A stretch of 56,138 nt of DNA from Candidatus Avispirillum sp. (lineage in GTDB: Bacteria; Bacillota; Clostridia; Oscillospirales; CAG-272). The notes under the pieces were generated by a model. It ran no database searches. It was not told the origin of the DNA and saw nothing but the letters and a program-made list of their open reading frames with translations. The position numbers were made by a program, and so were the translations under genes. The first letter of the stretch is position 1; each line of letters starts with the position of its first letter. This document shows, piece after piece, positions 1 to 9,492 of the stretch. The DNA is taken from the NCBI GenBank assembly GCA_045636685.1, contig JAZTXZ010000065.1, positions 1 through 56,138 of the forward strand. Reading direction: 5' to 3'.

Positions 1-30
1 GTCGAATTAGTCCATAGGGAGGTAAAAAAC

Positions 31-342
31 ATGGAAAAGCTTATTAACTCTTATGAAACACTGTTCATCATTGATGCTCAGCTTTCCGACGAGGAGATCA
101 AGGCTGTTGCAGAGAAGTTCATCGCTCGCATCGAGAAGAACGGAACTGTAAAGGAAGTTAACGAGTGGGGCAAGAGAAGACTTGCATACCCCATCAACGA
201 TAAGAACGAAGGTTACTACGTTCTTGTTAACTTCGAGTCTGATGCTAATTTCCCCGCAGAGCTCGAGAGAAGATTCAACATCAACGAGAACATCATGCGT
301 TCCATCGTGATCCGTCACGAGGATAAGAAGGCAGAGGCTTGA
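31..342 (+). CDS. rpsF: 30S ribosomal protein bS6
   Basis: 103-aa ORF with a GGGAGG RBS upstream of the ATG. The translation (EWGKRRLAYPI, GYYVLVNF) is typical bS6. It is the first gene of the conserved rpsF-ssb-rpsR order. Confidence 0.95.
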   Translation: MEKLINSYETLFIIDAQLSDEEIKAVAEKFIARIEKNGTVKEVNEWGKRRLAYPINDKNEGYYVLVNFESDANFPAELERRFNINENIMRSIVIRHEDKKAEA

Positions 343-380
343 TTTCGGCTTTTGCAGGAATAAATAAGAGAGGATAAAAA

Positions 381-860
381 ATGGCTAACTTTAACTTCAA
401 TAAAGTTATAATCGGTGGTAGACTTACCGCAGATCCCGAACTTAAGACAACACCCTCAGGTATTTCCGTAACATCCTTCACAATAGCGGTAAACCGTCGT
501 TTTGGCGGCAGAAGCGGTGAGGAGAGCACAGCAGACTTTATCAGCGTAACAGCATGGAGACAGACTGCTGAGTTCATTACAAGATACTTCAGAAAAGCAA
601 GCTCCATCTGCATTATGGGATCTCTCCAGACAAGAAACTGGACAGATAATAATGGAGTGAAGCACTATGCTACAGAGGTAGTTGCAGACGAGGCATACTT
701 TGTTGATGCAAAGAGCGAGAGCCCTCTTGCAGTAAGAGAGGCATCCGGCCAGCCTTATATCCCCGAAAGTTATGCATCTCCTGCATATGCTACCCCTGCG
801 GCTTCAGCAGATATGCCGAAGTTTGAAGAAATCGGAGACGATGAAGATCTGCCCTTCTGA
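381..860 (+). CDS. ssb: single-stranded DNA-binding protein
   Basis: OB-fold N-terminus (NKVIIGGRLTADPELKTTPSG..SFTIAVNRRF). Gly/Pro/Ala-rich linker and an acidic C-terminal tip DDEDLPF, characteristic of bacterial SSB. Confidence 0.95.
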   Translation: MANFNFNKVIIGGRLTADPELKTTPSGISVTSFTIAVNRRFGGRSGEESTADFISVTAWRQTAEFITRYFRKASSICIMGSLQTRNWTDNNGVKHYATEVVADEAYFVDAKSESPLAVREASGQPYIPESYASPAYATPAASADMPKFEEIGDDEDLPF

Positions 861-942
861 TTTGCGATAATGGCACAGAATTGAGGCAGTTCGACCTAAA
901 AGATTTTTCTTTTTATTTAGAAATGGAGGTTTCATAAGAAAC

Positions 943-1266
943 ATGGATACAGAAAAGACTGTTCAGGCAGAAGAAGTTGTTGTAGAACAGCCCGCACAGG
1001 ATGCTGAGGCTCCTGCGCCCAGAGCAGAGAGAAGACCTGCTCCCAGAGCTAACAACCGCAGAAGAAGAAAGGTTTGCCTTTTCTGCGAAGATAAGATCGA
1101 TCATATCGACTACAAGGATACAGTTCGTCTCAAGAAGTACGTTTCTGAGCGCGGCAAGATCCTTCCCCGCCGTATCAGCGGCGCATGCGCTAAGCACCAG
1201 AGACAGCTCACAACAGCTATCAAGCGTGCTCGCGTAGTAGCTCTTATGCCTTACGTAGCTGACTAA
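943..1266 (+). CDS. rpsR: 30S ribosomal protein bS18
   Basis: Core [17 protein letters not shown]...[32 protein letters not shown] matches bS18. It follows ssb as in the canonical cluster. Confidence 0.95.
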   Translation: MDTEKTVQAEEVVVEQPAQDAEAPAPRAERRPAPRANNRRRRKVCLFCEDKIDHIDYKDTVRLKKYVSERGKILPRRISGACAKHQRQLTTAIKRARVVALMPYVAD

Positions 1267-1275
1267 TAGCAACAT

Positions 1276-1309
1276 AAAAAATCCCTTCCGAATCCGGAAG
1301 GGATTTTTA
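1276..1309 (+). terminator. intrinsic terminator after rpsR
   Basis: 10-bp stem ATCCCTTCCG/CGGAAGGGAT with a 4-nt loop, followed by TTTT. Confidence 0.7.
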
Positions 1310-1321
1310 ATTTAAAAGAGA

Positions 1322-1360
1322 AGAGAAAAAAGGAAGCCTTCCGCTGCAGCGGAAGGCTTT
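1322..1360 (-). terminator. intrinsic terminator after the blaR1-like gene
   Basis: Stem AAGCCTTCCGC/GCGGAAGGCTT with loop TGCA. On the minus strand it is followed by CCTTTTTTCTC. Confidence 0.65.
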
Positions 1361-1363
1361 TGA

Positions 1364-3280
1364 TTATGGATTAAATATAGAGCCGTAATCCCATCTGATA
1401 GGCTTATTGACGCTCGGAGTGTCATATCCGTATTTCCAGCTATCGTCGTCTTCTTTGTCATTGCTATATTTACGGTTGTTTTCAAATTCCTCTCTTGCAT
1501 TTTCATAATAAAGATTTGTCATCTTTACTATATCAACCGTAATATTGTAACTTATTTGTTCCGGCGGATCTTCCTCCATTGCAATTTTAATTGCATAATT
1601 AACTTGATCATCAGTAAATCCGAGATAAGTCATATTGCTTCTGAAATTTTCTTCTGTATATGTGGATCTTTCGGAGGTATAAAATCTCGCAGCTGTAAGT
1701 GCCTGCTCATACCAATTTATATTCATATTTTGAAGTATGAGCTCAGTTTCATTTTCGGAATACCCTAAGCTTTTTAAAGTTTTCGTTGCAGATTTTTTTG
1801 AATAACCAATATAGGGGCTCGAAAAACTGCTTTTGATACTCTCATAGAAGGAATTATCCTTAGTATTACACCGTGTGCAAATTCCGAGATAATAATTGTG
1901 TCCGAGAGCATCTTTACGGATCTTTTGGCAAAGCGTGCAAGCTTCAGGGGAAGTGCATGTAGCTTCAGTCCAATTGTGAGAAAGAGGCTTTCCCTTAGTA
2001 TCGTTGCAATTTGTGCAGGTCTTAGGTGTGTCACAGGTAGCATCTGTCCAGTTGTGACCCAGTGCTTTTCCTTCCTTTAAGGAACAACGGTTGCAGGTAG
2101 CCGCTTTCGTGCAGGTTGCGCTGAGCCAATCATGGCCAAGCGCTTTGCTTTTTGTAGCATTGCAGCTTTTGCAGGTTTCATCTTTGGTACAAGTGGCAGC
2201 TTTCCATTTGTGTCCGAGCGGGTCACCGTTGGTTTCTCCGCAGTCACATTTTGCACTTTCTGTGCAGGTTGCCTTTTCATCAAAATTGTGGATATGGAAA
2301 AGTGCGCGATCTTCTCCTTCCGCACCGTTTGAAACAAATGCAAGCAAAAAAGCTATGCCAAAGGAAACAATAACGAAAACAGCCGCAAGAACAGTTGACT
2401 TATATTTGCCTGTAAGTCTCAAAATTCTGTACTTGATTGGAGAATTGTTGAAGGCGACAATAAACCCACCGTTTTTCGGGATCATATCAACAATGAGACG
2501 TGAATAAATCAAGCGGCTTTTCGTATCCATTGATTTGACAACAGATTCATCGCAGGCAACCTCAGCATCTCTTTTAGAAAGAAGGGATGCTGCCCAGATC
2601 AGGGGATTCCACCATAAAATTACGGTGAAAATGATACGGATAACAGACCATATATGGTCTCCGTGTCGTATGTGAGTCTTTTCATGAAGCAGGATAAGAT
2701 CAAGGTCGGGACAACTTTCAGCATACTCGGTAATATATATCGCAGGAACGATACCTATAACGCAGGGAGAGTTGATAGCAGCCGAAACGTATACTTTTAT
2801 GTTGCCGATATTGCTGTGATATCGCTTTGTTTTCAAAAGTTTTGCAGTAAGTTTCGCGTAAGGTACGGCAAAGCAACAGAGCGTTATAAAGGAACCCGAA
2901 ACCCATACAATCAAGATAATATTCTGTAGGGACAGGGGAGCGATCTTTACTTCTTTTTCTTCGGCGAGAGGCTTCTGCATTACATGAGGTGCTTCGCTTT
3001 GAGGGACATCACTTGCGGGGGGATTTGTACCTGATATAGGAGAAGAGGGAATAACTTCTTCTACGGGGATATTCTCCGTTTGATTAAAAACAGTGCTGAA
3101 ATCCGGTGCATAAAGAGACGGGATATCAACATTGAGAATGTTGAAAGGCACAATAAGCCTGATAATAACGGCGATCCATAAAGCATAGGTAAGCCGAGCG
3201 GATATTTTATTTTTAAATATCCCGCGAATGGCAACTATAGTTATTATGAGAAGAGAGACCGTTATTAAATATTCAACCAT
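1364..3280 (-). CDS. BlaR1/MecR1-family (peptidase M56) membrane signal transducer with a non-canonical Cys-rich extracellular region
   Basis: Polytopic N-terminus with zincin motif HEKTHIRHGDH. Its start lies 1 nt from the stop of the upstream blaI-like gene. The C-terminal half has 5-6 tandem ~22-aa repeats (ATCT..C..C....ALGH.W) followed by helical repeats resembling Ltp-type lipoprotein domains. Confidence 0.8.
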   Translation of the reverse strand: MVEYLITVSLLIITIVAIRGIFKNKISARLTYALWIAVIIRLIVPFNILNVDIPSLYAPDFSTVFNQTENIPVEEVIPSSPISGTNPPASDVPQSEAPHVMQKPLAEEKEVKIAPLSLQNIILIVWVSGSFITLCCFAVPYAKLTAKLLKTKRYHSNIGNIKVYVSAAINSPCVIGIVPAIYITEYAESCPDLDLILLHEKTHIRHGDHIWSVIRIIFTVILWWNPLIWAASLLSKRDAEVACDESVVKSMDTKSRLIYSRLIVDMIPKNGGFIVAFNNSPIKYRILRLTGKYKSTVLAAVFVIVSFGIAFLLAFVSNGAEGEDRALFHIHNFDEKATCTESAKCDCGETNGDPLGHKWKAATCTKDETCKSCNATKSKALGHDWLSATCTKAATCNRCSLKEGKALGHNWTDATCDTPKTCTNCNDTKGKPLSHNWTEATCTSPEACTLCQKIRKDALGHNYYLGICTRCNTKDNSFYESIKSSFSSPYIGYSKKSATKTLKSLGYSENETELILQNMNINWYEQALTAARFYTSERSTYTEENFRSNMTYLGFTDDQVNYAIKIAMEEDPPEQISYNITVDIVKMTNLYYENAREEFENNRKYSNDKEDDDSWKYGYDTPSVNKPIRWDYGSIFNP

Positions 3281-3281
3281 T

Positions 3282-3671
3282 TTATTTATCTTCGGAGAGA
3301 TTCATCTCCGCCTCGTCAAGTATCTTTCTCAGCTCATCAACATCGTCCTTTGTAAGAGCTTTCTGACCTGCAAGTGAGGAAACCATAAGACCGAGGCTTC
3401 CGTTATATACTCTTGAAAGGAAAGACTCTGTTTCCCAAATAGCGCAGTCTTCTTCGGAAACGGTAGCAGAGTATTTCTGAGGCTTAACTGTCTGGTCAAG
3501 AGAAGCCGCTCCTTTAGCAATAAGACGTCTGAGCATAACGAAAACTGTGGATTTAGACCAAGCTGTGTCGTCCTTGAGTGCGTTTGTAATGCCGATAAGG
3601 TCACTTGCTTTATCTGCCCAAAGCACTTTCATAACTTTCCATTCGCAGTCTGACAAATAAATTTTTTCCAT
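3282..3671 (-). CDS. BlaI/MecI/CopY-family winged-helix transcriptional repressor
   Basis: 129 aa. N-terminus LSDCEWKVMKVLW...WSKSTVFVMLRRLIAKG is the family's wHTH. It is immediately upstream of, and coupled to, an M56 sensor gene. Confidence 0.85.
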   Translation of the reverse strand: MEKIYLSDCEWKVMKVLWADKASDLIGITNALKDDTAWSKSTVFVMLRRLIAKGAASLDQTVKPQKYSATVSEEDCAIWETESFLSRVYNGSLGLMVSSLAGQKALTKDDVDELRKILDEAEMNLSEDK

Positions 3672-3698
3672 GATAAATTCCTTTCTAATAAAAACGGT

Positions 3699-3720
3699 TA
3701 TATATAGTCAACTATATGTT
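3699..3720. promoter_or_regulatory. candidate operator (imperfect palindrome) upstream of the blaI-like gene
   Basis: TATATAGT-CA-ACTATATG, with 7 of 8 positions pairing, about 30-45 nt upstream of the blaI-like ATG. Confidence 0.35.
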
Positions 3721-3752
3721 AGCACATATTTTAATAATCGTCAATAAGGTTG

Positions 3753-3796
3753 TAAAAAATCCCTCAAAAACATTAAGGTTTTTGAGGGATTTTTTG
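3753..3796 (-). terminator. intrinsic terminator after the GNAT gene
   Basis: 13-bp stem ATCCCTCAAAAAC/GTTTTTGAGGGAT, flanked by A/T runs on both sides. Confidence 0.7.
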
Positions 3797-3797
3797 C

Positions 3798-4286
3798 TTA
3801 TTTTTTCATTTGGTAAGCAATTCTGGAATCTCCGCTCTCAAGATATATTATACCGCAGACTGAAAAGCCGTATTTTTCTAACTGATGCTGCATGACTTTG
3901 TTGTCTTTATGTGTGTCGATCTTGATATTGTCGCATTGAGAAAAGCAATAGTCCATAATAGCCGGAAGCATTCCTTTTCTCTTTCCTGCGGAGGCAACGC
4001 GGTGTACGGCACAGTAGGGAAGATCGTTCAGCCATTCGCCTTCTATATAACCGTAGGTAGGATCTTCTCCCTTAATGAAAGCAAAAACAGCTTCAATACA
4101 ATCGCTGACAGCAATATAAAGATTGCCTTTTTCAATATCGCTAAGGATGATCTCCCTTGAAGGATATCCTCCCGTCCATTGAGTGGCATTGCCTGTTTCT
4201 CGCATAAAGGAGCGGGCTTTTTCGTATATTGCATCTATTTCCTTTGTTTCGGTGAAAGATGCTTTTCTGAATTTAATATTTTCCAT
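3798..4286 (-). CDS. GNAT-family N-acetyltransferase
   Basis: Size about 160 aa with a sequence pattern typical of GNAT. The ORF-track start at 4292 is TTG. The ATG at 4286 overlaps the M20 stop (ATGA), so it is preferred. Confidence 0.7.
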   Translation of the reverse strand: MENIKFRKASFTETKEIDAIYEKARSFMRETGNATQWTGGYPSREIILSDIEKGNLYIAVSDCIEAVFAFIKGEDPTYGYIEGEWLNDLPYCAVHRVASAGKRKGMLPAIMDYCFSQCDNIKIDTHKDNKVMQHQLEKYGFSVCGIIYLESGDSRIAYQMKK

Positions 4287-5725
4287 CAGCAATTGCCCAT
4301 CAGTCTTATATAGAATTCAACGGCGTGAAGTGCAGTTTCAATGCGGATACGCTCATTGTTTCCGTGAATGGTAGCTCTTTCATCACTTGTAAGATCCATT
4401 GCGGAGAAGCGGTAGACTTTGTCTGAAATGCGGCCGTAATGACGGGAGTCGGAGCACTGTACCATAAGATAAGGTGCTGTAAGACAGCCGCCCCATGTGG
4501 AGGAAACCGCATCTGCAACCTTTTCGTATTCGTTGCAGTCGGTAACTGAGATACGGCTGGGATCCATACCGTAAAGAACTTTAATATCGATTTTATCGTT
4601 GCCCACAGTCTTTTTGAGATATTTGAGAGCAGAGTCAACGGTATCGCAGGGGTTAAGGCGTATGTTGGAAACAATACTTGCCTCCGGAGGGATAACGTTC
4701 TCAGCGCTTGATCCGCATGACTTTGTGAAGGCAACTGTAGTTCTCATAAGAGCGTTAAGCTCGCCTCCGGACTTTTTGCAGAGAATATCAAGAACGGGAG
4801 CAAATAGCCATAGGTTTGCAAAGATCATTCTGTAAAGGAATGTGGAGTGACGGCCGAGGCTGTCAAAGAGCTTTGCAACGGGAGGGGTAATGTGAGATTT
4901 AAAGGGGTGATCTTCAATGGCGCAAACGGCGCGCGAGAGTGCCACGAGAGGCGATCCGGGCTTGGGTGCAGATGCGTGTCCGCCCTGGGAAAGAGCTGTG
5001 TACTGAACGTTCATCATGCCTTTTTCCGCAATACCTATAAGACCGCAGGGGGCTTTGACTCCGGGGAACACGTTTTCAACAACTGCGCCGCCCTCATCGA
5101 GAACGAAGGCAAGCTTTATATTGTTCTTTTCAAAGTAATCAACGATGTGAACAGCACCCATACCGTTAACTTCTTCGCCGCCTGAGAAGGCGAAATAAAT
5201 ATCGTTTTCCGGTACGAAGCCTTTCTCAATAAGAGTATTGGCAGCTGAGAGAATAGCGTTGAAGGTAACCTTGGTGTCAAGAGTGCCTCGGCCCCAGATA
5301 ACTCCGTCCTCGATAATAGCCTCAAAGGCAGGCTTGTCCCAGGCGTTCTCGTTTACGGGAACAACGTCGTAGTGAGCCATCATGACAGCGGGGCTGTCAT
5401 GCTTTTTGCCCTGCCATTTGAAGAGCAGACCGCGGTCAGGGAACATAAAGAAGGTGCAGATTTCGAAAACCTTAGGATAAAGTGTGGGGAGCATATCAAT
5501 AAGACGGGAAAATTCTTCATCATCCTCAAGAGAAGAATCTTTATAGGAAACAGTCTTACAGCGAACCAGCTCGCAGAGATTGTCGATAGCGCGCTGGCGG
5601 TCAAAATCAACGTCAGCCGTATCCGCTTTTTTATTATCCTTAGGCTTGAAGGCCAGGGTGCGGATAATGATAATTGCAATAAAGCAAACAAGAAGTGCAA
5701 TAAGGGCAATAATTGCGTATTTCAT
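4286..5725 (-). CDS. M20-family metallopeptidase/amidohydrolase with N-terminal membrane anchor
   Basis: Motifs MMAHYDVVP, GRGTLDTK and FSGGEEV (M20 metal ligands). Hydrophobic N-terminus IIALIALLVCFIAIIII. ATGA overlap with the upstream gene. Confidence 0.85.
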   Translation of the reverse strand: MKYAIIALIALLVCFIAIIIIRTLAFKPKDNKKADTADVDFDRQRAIDNLCELVRCKTVSYKDSSLEDDEEFSRLIDMLPTLYPKVFEICTFFMFPDRGLLFKWQGKKHDSPAVMMAHYDVVPVNENAWDKPAFEAIIEDGVIWGRGTLDTKVTFNAILSAANTLIEKGFVPENDIYFAFSGGEEVNGMGAVHIVDYFEKNNIKLAFVLDEGGAVVENVFPGVKAPCGLIGIAEKGMMNVQYTALSQGGHASAPKPGSPLVALSRAVCAIEDHPFKSHITPPVAKLFDSLGRHSTFLYRMIFANLWLFAPVLDILCKKSGGELNALMRTTVAFTKSCGSSAENVIPPEASIVSNIRLNPCDTVDSALKYLKKTVGNDKIDIKVLYGMDPSRISVTDCNEYEKVADAVSSTWGGCLTAPYLMVQCSDSRHYGRISDKVYRFSAMDLTSDERATIHGNNERIRIETALHAVEFYIRLMGNC

Positions 5726-6390
5726 CAGAGCCAGCCTTTCTTATACATAATGCGGGCAACAATGATTGTGAAGATAACGCCGACAGGAACCATAATTCCA
5801 ACGGTACTTTCATTGAGTGCAGGAACAGCAATGAAAAGGATGAGCATAAGGATAACGGGTGCAACTGCAAGCTTGGGGTGCTTTGAAATAAAAACTACGC
5901 CGAGAGCACCGAAAAGGGCAGGAAGGATCATATCAAATGCAGGAGCAAGCACGGGGTTTTCAAGAAGGGGAGTAAGGGGGATAATAAAGATTACGCCAAG
6001 TATTACTATGATAGTTGTTACGATACTGGAAACAGCAATGGCGATAGTTGAGATGATCTCACCCTCTTCGCTTGTTGCCTTAACATTTGCTCTTTCCATA
6101 GCGTCAACGGCACAAGGGAGCTTGAGGTTGGAAATGTTACCTGTTATGAAGGAAAGGTAGGTTCCGCCTGCGCCAAGCATTGGAACGTAGGTGAACATTT
6201 CGATAAATCCGACAGCCCAGTACATGGGAGCTGTAGCAAGAAGTCCTCGTCCGAGAGCCTCCCAGTTAGGCAGAGCATTGAATAAAACAGAAACGATAAC
6301 GGGAAAACCGAAGAGAAGGACAGCAATAATAAGTCCCCAGATTCGTCCGTCGCGATGAACAGAGTCAAGATAGGAAATATTCTTTTTCAT
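5725..6390 (-). CDS. polytopic membrane protein, function unknown
   Basis: 221 aa, about 6 hydrophobic helices, AGGAGG RBS. Translationally coupled to the M20 gene. Confidence 0.6.
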   Translation of the reverse strand: MKKNISYLDSVHRDGRIWGLIIAVLLFGFPVIVSVLFNALPNWEALGRGLLATAPMYWAVGFIEMFTYVPMLGAGGTYLSFITGNISNLKLPCAVDAMERANVKATSEEGEIISTIAIAVSSIVTTIIVILGVIFIIPLTPLLENPVLAPAFDMILPALFGALGVVFISKHPKLAVAPVILMLILFIAVPALNESTVGIMVPVGVIFTIIVARIMYKKGWL

Positions 6391-6406
6391 TTTATCGTAC
6401 CTCCTA

Positions 6407-7138
6407 TTAAGATAACCAGGCTGTTACGGGAATGGCAAATGCCATACCGCAGATAAGGCTTATGGGAAGAGCGTAGTCGGTGAGCCAGCGGATCTTCAGC
6501 TTAGTAGCTGCAATTCCGAGAACTGCCATCACTACAGCTGATACGATCATTACGCAAACGGGAATGAGACCTGTAAAGTCTCCTTTGAAGGCAAGAGAAA
6601 CATCGCAGAAAACGTATCCGACGAAGGCGGATATCATTCCGAGGAACATGGCATTTGAGAAAATATCAGTCCATTTTTTGTCCTTGGTGCCCATTTTGAT
6701 AATACCGCCCTGTATCTTCTTTGTGAGAAGGGGAACAAAAATGAGACCGACTGCAATACTGATTGTCATAACCCAAATAACTGCAATAAATGCTGAAGGA
6801 TCGTTAAGTGCGCTGACGCCTTCCTTGAGGGCGCCGAGTGTGTTCTCGGCAGCAATAGTTTCATAGGAAAGAGAGCCGATAACGGAAAGACGAAGCCACG
6901 GCACCGCAAGACCAAGCTTCTGAGAGAGAACGATAACGCCGAGAAGGATTGCAACGGCAGGAGCGATGGTGAATATTGCCGCTGAGGTAATGGTAGAAGT
7001 AATGGTCTTCTTGGCAATACCCAGTTCCTTTGCACGTTTCATGGCTTTTATAAGGAAAAAAGCAGACTGTCCCAAAACGACAGCGATGATGAGTCCGACA
7101 ATGACGAACAGTATCGGATGGTTAGCATTGAATTCCAT
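6407..7138 (-). CDS. polytopic membrane protein, function unknown
   Basis: Hydrophobic throughout. The ATG at 7138 is preferred over the ORF-track start at 7174 because a GGAGG lies 6 nt upstream of it. Confidence 0.6.
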   Translation of the reverse strand: MEFNANHPILFVIVGLIIAVVLGQSAFFLIKAMKRAKELGIAKKTITSTITSAAIFTIAPAVAILLGVIVLSQKLGLAVPWLRLSVIGSLSYETIAAENTLGALKEGVSALNDPSAFIAVIWVMTISIAVGLIFVPLLTKKIQGGIIKMGTKDKKWTDIFSNAMFLGMISAFVGYVFCDVSLAFKGDFTGLIPVCVMIVSAVVMAVLGIAATKLKIRWLTDYALPISLICGMAFAIPVTAWLS

Positions 7139-7296
7139 AAAGAACCTCCAAATTTGATAATATAAGAGTACCATGAAATAATAAAAATTTCAATCCTGTT
7201 AATGGTATTTCAATAAAAATTGAAAATTTTATTGCCGAGCTCATAATTCAAAATATATAGTATTGCAACTGAAAGAGTAACAGTATCAGGAAGTAT

Positions 7297-7321
7297 AAAA
7301 AACGCCCTGTTGGGCGTTTTT
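7297..7321 (-). terminator. intrinsic terminator after the GH36 gene
   Basis: Stem AAAACGCCC/GGGCGTTTT with loop TGTT, abutting the stop codon. Confidence 0.6.
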
Positions 7322-9492
7322 TATACTTCCTCAAAATATACCTTAAAGCTTTGCATATCTCCGTGGGGGGCGTTTGTAAGATTGATTCCGCTGTACATAA
7401 GGAATGCACCGGAATTTGTCTCGCCGTTGTAGGAGTTTTTATAATTCTTCTCAGGATCAAGTCCGCGCAGCTTTAAGAAAAATCTCTCCATTGCATTATA
7501 GCGGGTGCTGACTGAAGTAACGAGCGCTCCCGACTTATCGGGGGAAACTATTTCCCAGACAACGCGGCGCTGGCCGTCCCAGGGGGAGATAAGTCTGTAA
7601 AGATCTCCGTAGCGGATAAGATCGTAATACTTGTGGTATTCTGCTATCTGTTCCTTGATGAGTGTCTTGTCATCTTCTGTAAGACGTGTGGGATCAAGCT
7701 CGTAGCCGAAGGTTCCCCACATTGCAACGTCTCCCTTTACACCAAATTCCGTACGGGGGCAGAAGGAAACGTGGGCGCCCATTGTTGAGGTGGGATAGCA
7801 GAGAGTAGTGCCGTACTGTATAGCAAGGCGCTCAATGGGGTCTGTGTTGTCGCTTGCCCATATCTGGGGAGAATAGTAGAGCATTCCGGGGTCAAATCGT
7901 CCGCCGCCGCCTGAGCAGTTTTCAAGAAGAATATTGGGATATGCCTTTGTTATTCTGTCCATAAGATCGTATGTGCCGAGCATGAAGCGGTGATAAAGCT
8001 CGCCGTGGCGCTCGGGGGAGAGAGTGGCGGATCCAACCTCGGTAAGATTGCGGTTAAAATCCCATTTGAGGTAGTCTATTTCGCAGGAGGAGAGAATGGC
8101 GTCCATCTGCTCAAAGATATTGTCAACTACCTCGGGGCGGCTCATATCAAGAACGAGCTGATGGCGGCATTCGCAATGCTCGCGTCCCTCAACGTGTAGA
8201 CACCAGTCGGGGTGTGCGCGATAAAGCTCGGAGTCCTCGGAAATCATCTCAGGCTCAAACCAGATACCGAATTTAAGGCCCAGAGCCTTTACTCTTGAAA
8301 CAAGGCTCTGAAGGTTAATTTTTGATTCATAAACAAACCAGTCGCCAAGAGAATTCCAGTCGTTGTCACGATGACCGAACCAGCCGTCGTCCATAACCAG
8401 CATCTCGATGCCCATTTCCTTAGCCTGCTCTGCAAAACGGACAAGCTTTTCCTCATCAAAGCTAAAGTATGCCGCCTCCCAGGAATTGATAAGAAGGGGG
8501 CGCTTTTCTGTTTTATAGTGACCGCGGATAAGGTTTGAGTTATAGAATCTGTGGAAGATTCGGCTCATCTCACCGAGGCCCTTGTCGGTATAAACGTGAA
8601 CGGTCTCGGGGGTGTAAAACTCCTCGCCGGGAGAAAGAATCCACTCAAACTGCTCGGGGTTAAAACCTACGGTCACGCGGGTGGAATCAAAGTAGTCAAC
8701 CTCACAGCCCATCTCGTAGCTGCCGGAATAAACAAAGTTAAAGCCGTAAGTATCGCCGTTTTCCTCATTGGAGCCATCGCGGACAAGGGCTATAAAGGGG
8801 TTCTGCTCGTGACCCGATGCGCCGCGACGGGAAATAATGGACTGACGGTTATAGGAAAGTGGATTCTTTGAAAAATTGCGTTCGGCGTTGTGCTTTCCGT
8901 AAAGATTTATCATGGAAAAATCGGAGGAGGGAAGATTTATAACGGAGGAGCAGATATCCTCGATAACAAAGTTCTTCTCACCGCAGTTTTTAAGACGAGC
9001 GCTCTTTGTGATAACGTTAATTTTATCAAAAACAGTATAAAAGAGAGTAAGCTCGCCGCCTGTAACCTCGTCCTTCATAAGAATTTCAAGGGTGTCAGCC
9101 TCGTCCTCGCAGTTTAAGTATGTTGAGGGAAGACCGGGGATTGCGGGCTTTCCCTTATAGATCCTGTGGGAATCATAACGGAAATCCGTTGCAGTATTTC
9201 CTTCAGCGCTGCGGATACGGATACCTGTTCTTCTGTAATCGCCTGTTCCGAATGAGGAGTATTCGAGAGGATATGTATCCATGGTAAAGCAGGGAGATCC
9301 GCCATTTCTTGCGGGGTTAAAGGAAACTGTGCGGGTGGAGTATATCTGGTATGAAGAAAAGTCCGTGTCGGGAAGCTTTTTTCCGTAGTGGTGTGTTACG
9401 AGATAGCCCAGAGGATAAACACTCATACAGTAAGACGAGTCGCCTGCAGTGAGATTGAATGTTTTCGTGCTTTCATTATAGATAATAGACAT
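7321..9492 (-). CDS. alpha-galactosidase, glycoside hydrolase family 36
   Basis: About 723 aa. GH36 hallmarks KWDFNR and CSGGGGRFD, with an N-terminus typical of AgaA-type enzymes. ATG 9492 with GGAGG upstream is preferred over TTG 9504. Confidence 0.9.
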   Translation of the reverse strand: MSIIYNESTKTFNLTAGDSSYCMSVYPLGYLVTHHYGKKLPDTDFSSYQIYSTRTVSFNPARNGGSPCFTMDTYPLEYSSFGTGDYRRTGIRIRSAEGNTATDFRYDSHRIYKGKPAIPGLPSTYLNCEDEADTLEILMKDEVTGGELTLFYTVFDKINVITKSARLKNCGEKNFVIEDICSSVINLPSSDFSMINLYGKHNAERNFSKNPLSYNRQSIISRRGASGHEQNPFIALVRDGSNEENGDTYGFNFVYSGSYEMGCEVDYFDSTRVTVGFNPEQFEWILSPGEEFYTPETVHVYTDKGLGEMSRIFHRFYNSNLIRGHYKTEKRPLLINSWEAAYFSFDEEKLVRFAEQAKEMGIEMLVMDDGWFGHRDNDWNSLGDWFVYESKINLQSLVSRVKALGLKFGIWFEPEMISEDSELYRAHPDWCLHVEGREHCECRHQLVLDMSRPEVVDNIFEQMDAILSSCEIDYLKWDFNRNLTEVGSATLSPERHGELYHRFMLGTYDLMDRITKAYPNILLENCSGGGGRFDPGMLYYSPQIWASDNTDPIERLAIQYGTTLCYPTSTMGAHVSFCPRTEFGVKGDVAMWGTFGYELDPTRLTEDDKTLIKEQIAEYHKYYDLIRYGDLYRLISPWDGQRRVVWEIVSPDKSGALVTSVSTRYNAMERFFLKLRGLDPEKNYKNSYNGETNSGAFLMYSGINLTNAPHGDMQSFKVYFEEV

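Noticed and set aside
5372-6160. A 262-aa plus-strand ORF overlapping the M20 and membrane-protein genes. Similar antisense ORFs lie at 50946-51614 (+), 28393-29145 (-), 55395-55928 (-) and 55925-56137 (-).
   Set aside because: Each lies antisense to a gene with convincing family motifs (M20, MFS, flavin reductase, hydrogenase). Each has odd composition and lacks an RBS. They are treated as shadow ORFs.
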